In this document: positions 61,700 to 64,000 of the stretch, piece by piece
How positions within the stretch are numbered: the stretch's first letter is position 1
Layout of the letters: each line of letters opens with the position of its first letter
Source: Octopus bimaculoides
Taxonomy: Eukaryota
Assembly: GCF_001194135.2 (NCBI RefSeq)
Contig: NC_068984.1
Coordinates: 120,009,109 to 120,073,108, forward strand
Direction of reading: 5' to 3'
DNA: 64,000 nucleotides
Program-made: the position numbers and the translations under genes
Notes under the pieces: generated by a model
What the model was told of the DNA's origin: nothing
Database searches by the model: none
What the model saw: the letters and a program-made list of their open reading frames with translations, nothing else

Positions 61700-63140
61700 T
61701 TCAATTTTCGAAGCGCAATGGTTAAAAGACAGTTTCCTGTTTCTTTACACAATTCTTTGCATTTTTATTGAACTCTGTGACGTTCTTTTGAGCAGTAGGG
61801 GTTGGTTTGTAGAAGGAAGATAAGGCAAAGCTCCATTGTATGGTAGCTGGGCCGGTCTTGTAGCACCATCTGACTAAAGCAACTGTTGATTGCTCCATTA
61901 TCATTGTCAAGTAGTTAAGTGTCTTCCACTGAATCCATGGGGGACTTCTGAACTGAGAGGGGAGTCTTCAGCAGGAGAGGTTTCTCATGTCAATTGGAAT
62001 AAACACATACTCAAGCTTTTCCATTCTGAGCTGTTATCTAATTTCTTCTTGAGATGCTGTTGAAGGCTTGATACAGCTGAGGAAGCTTCTTCTTGACTGC
62101 TGCCATTGGGTCAAGGGTTGACATTCATGGAGGAGGTAGCATCCATTGCTAGTAGCCTTTGTTATCTCAACTTAACTGGATATATTCTGTCTGATATCAG
62201 TAGGATCAAAGCTAGCAAAGGTGAAGGTTGTTTGGATTGGTGTATTTCATTCAATCTGTGATCAGGTGACAGGTGTTGTTAAATGTTGGGTCACGTTTTT
62301 TGGCATGGGTCACTATCAATCAAACAGGACAAGCACACTCTGCTGAGGACCCTAATGCATGTGTTGTAGCTTCCATTTTGGAGTTGACCAGTTTCTGTAG
62401 AATGTTGTTTCAGGAACCAACTTAGAGTTTGGTGCTTTTATGTACTTCTTAAAGGAGAGAGTGCAGTCTAAGGTTACTCTAAGGTAGACAGGACAGGTAC
62501 CATGCTCCAGTGGTGTTCCAGGCCATTTGATGTTAAGAAGTTGATTAGCTTCACAATTATTAAGACAGAACAAGCAGGCTTAGGTCCTCACAGGATTGGC
62601 ATATTGATGGTTGCATTTGTCACAGAGTAATAATTCATCTAAGGCTGAAATGAGCTTTGTTTCTACTGCTTCAGAATACTTTCTTGGCATGTTATACAGA
62701 AATACGTGGAGGCGCATTGGCCCAAAGGTTAGGGCAGCGGACTTGCGGTCATAGGATCGCGGTTTCGATTCCCAGAACGGGCATTGTGAGTGTTTATTGA
62801 GCGAAAATACCTAAAGCTCCACGAGGCTCCAGCAAGGGATGGTGGCGAACCCTGCTGTACTCTTTCCCCACGACTTTCTCTCACTCTTACTTCCTGTTTC
62901 TGTTGTGCCTGTAATTCAAAGGGTCAGCCTTGTCACACTGTGTCACGCTGAATATCCCCGAGAACTACATTAAGGGTACACATGTCTGTGGAGTGCTCAG
63001 CCACTTGCACGTTAATTTCATGAGCAGGCTGTTCCGTTGATCGGATCAACTGGAACCCTCGATGTTGTAAGCGACGGAGTGCCAACAACAATACAGAAAT
63101 GTAATAGAAACTCTGTGTTCCAACTTCATAAACCTGAAGG
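61700..63140 (-). mobile_element. Ingi/Vingi-like LINE, 3' part of the RT ORF, decayed and split by SINE D
   Basis: EAVETKLISALDEL..HQYANPVRT..FCLNNCEANQLLNIKWPGTPLEH..PVYLRVTLDCTLSFKK..KWEA..AECACPV..THAKK.DP..CHLIT..HECQP..SRRSFLS..SPWIQWKTLN..ALVRWCY..EFNKNAKNCV; matches the Vingi pattern VYLGVTLDRTLSFK/AEYACPVW/KSRKSF/WKCLNRLR. Confidence 0.82.
62704..63090 (+). mobile_element. tRNA-derived SINE family D, full length
   Basis: 10-bp TSD ATACAGAAAT at 62694-62703 and 63091-63100; tail GACGGAGTGCCAACAACA. Confidence 0.95.
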
Positions 63141-63184
63141 TACAAGACAGACTTCAAATTTTATTTACTTTTAATATTTATTCT

Positions 63185-63410
63185 AAGGTGGTGTGCTGGC
63201 AGAATCATTAGCCCGTTGGGTAAAACACTCAGTGGCATTTCATCCATTGCTACATTCTGAGTTCAAATTCTGCTACGGTTGACTTTGCCTTTCATCCTTT
63301 CAAGCGTTGATAAAATAAATATCAGTTGTGTACTGGAATTGATGTAATTGACTTACTCCTGCCCTTGAAACTATTGGCCTTGTGCCAAAATTTGAAACCA
63401 GTATTTGTTC
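63185..63410 (+). mobile_element. SINE A
   Basis: GGTGGTGTGCTGGCAGAATC..GAGTTCAAATTC..GGCCTTGTGCCAAAATTTGAAACC. Confidence 0.85.
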
Positions 63411-63597
63411 TGGGGTCATCTTTGCCTTTTATTCTTTTAAGGCTGATACAATTGGTGACACCATAAGAGCATAGGTCTGGATCCCTTGCAGCTCTTGCAT
63501 TCTGAGTTCAAATACATCCATTGCCGAAGGGATTTATTTTTGAACTGCCTTCTCATTGCCGCCATTGTTGTCATCATCCTTATCTTCATCATCATTG

Positions 63598-63727
63598 ATC
63601 AATCTGTGATCAGGTGACAAGTGTTGTTCAAAGCTGGGTCATGTTTTTTTGGCATGTGTCACTCTCACTGAGACAGGACATGCACATTCTGCTGAAGACC
63701 TTAATGCATGTGTTGTGGCTTCCATTT
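63598..63727 (-). mobile_element. Second copy of a Vingi-like RT segment
   Basis: Homologous to 62251-62380 (CAATCTGTGATCAGGTGACA...AATGCATGTGTTGT.GCTTCCATTTT). Confidence 0.85.
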
Positions 63728-64000
63728 TCTCATCATCCTCATCATCATCATAATTTTCATGTTCACTTTTCCATGCTTGCACGGATTAAGTGAGACTTAC
63801 TGAGGCAATATTCTTCCCCCAAATGCCCTTTCTGCTAACCTATACCCGTTCCTTTGTGTAAAGTATTTTTGCTTCACTGGTCTTCTCACAATAAAGCTGC
63901 TGAAGCTACTGTGACACACATTTCATATACAGAAGTAAACATGACACCTCTGGACACACAAGCATGCATGCATACACATATGATGGGTTTCCATGCAATT

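Overview
AT-rich, microsatellite-dense animal genomic DNA with two assembly gaps (34028-34037, 55903-56267). The repeat families look like those of Octopus (coleoid cephalopod); this is recalled, not proven. No intact protein-coding gene could be identified. The window is intronic or intergenic, and the only host-gene hints are a few short splice-site-bounded segments. Most ORFs in the track are microsatellite artefacts. The interpretable content is a layered set of mobile elements. There are four SINE families (my labels A-D), many nested. Decayed LINE fragments come from RTE, CR1/L2-like, R4/NeSL-like and Ingi/Vingi clades. Two Penelope-like elements (PLEs) are present: a 1.65-kb RT+GIY-YIG reading frame at 53341-54995 with a CxC-x5-C linker, and a truncated copy. 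Minimal hammerhead-ribozyme-like motifs occur at 33104-33177 and 39370-39458. DNA transposons include mariner, maT (DD37D), Tigger-like and MITE elements, two internally deleted Helitrons with both termini intact, and a Helentron-type INE. Unclassified items are a three-copy ~1.2-kb element with a fixed GGGCAATTCCA end and a ~130-bp inverted-repeat element. The best second-look items are the PLE/hammerhead motifs, an RTE with a twin-priming-like inversion, a CR1-LINE/SINE-B shared 3' tail, a SINE with a swapped 3' module, and the unclassified three-copy element. Boundaries were read by eye and are approximate unless a TSD or terminus is quoted.
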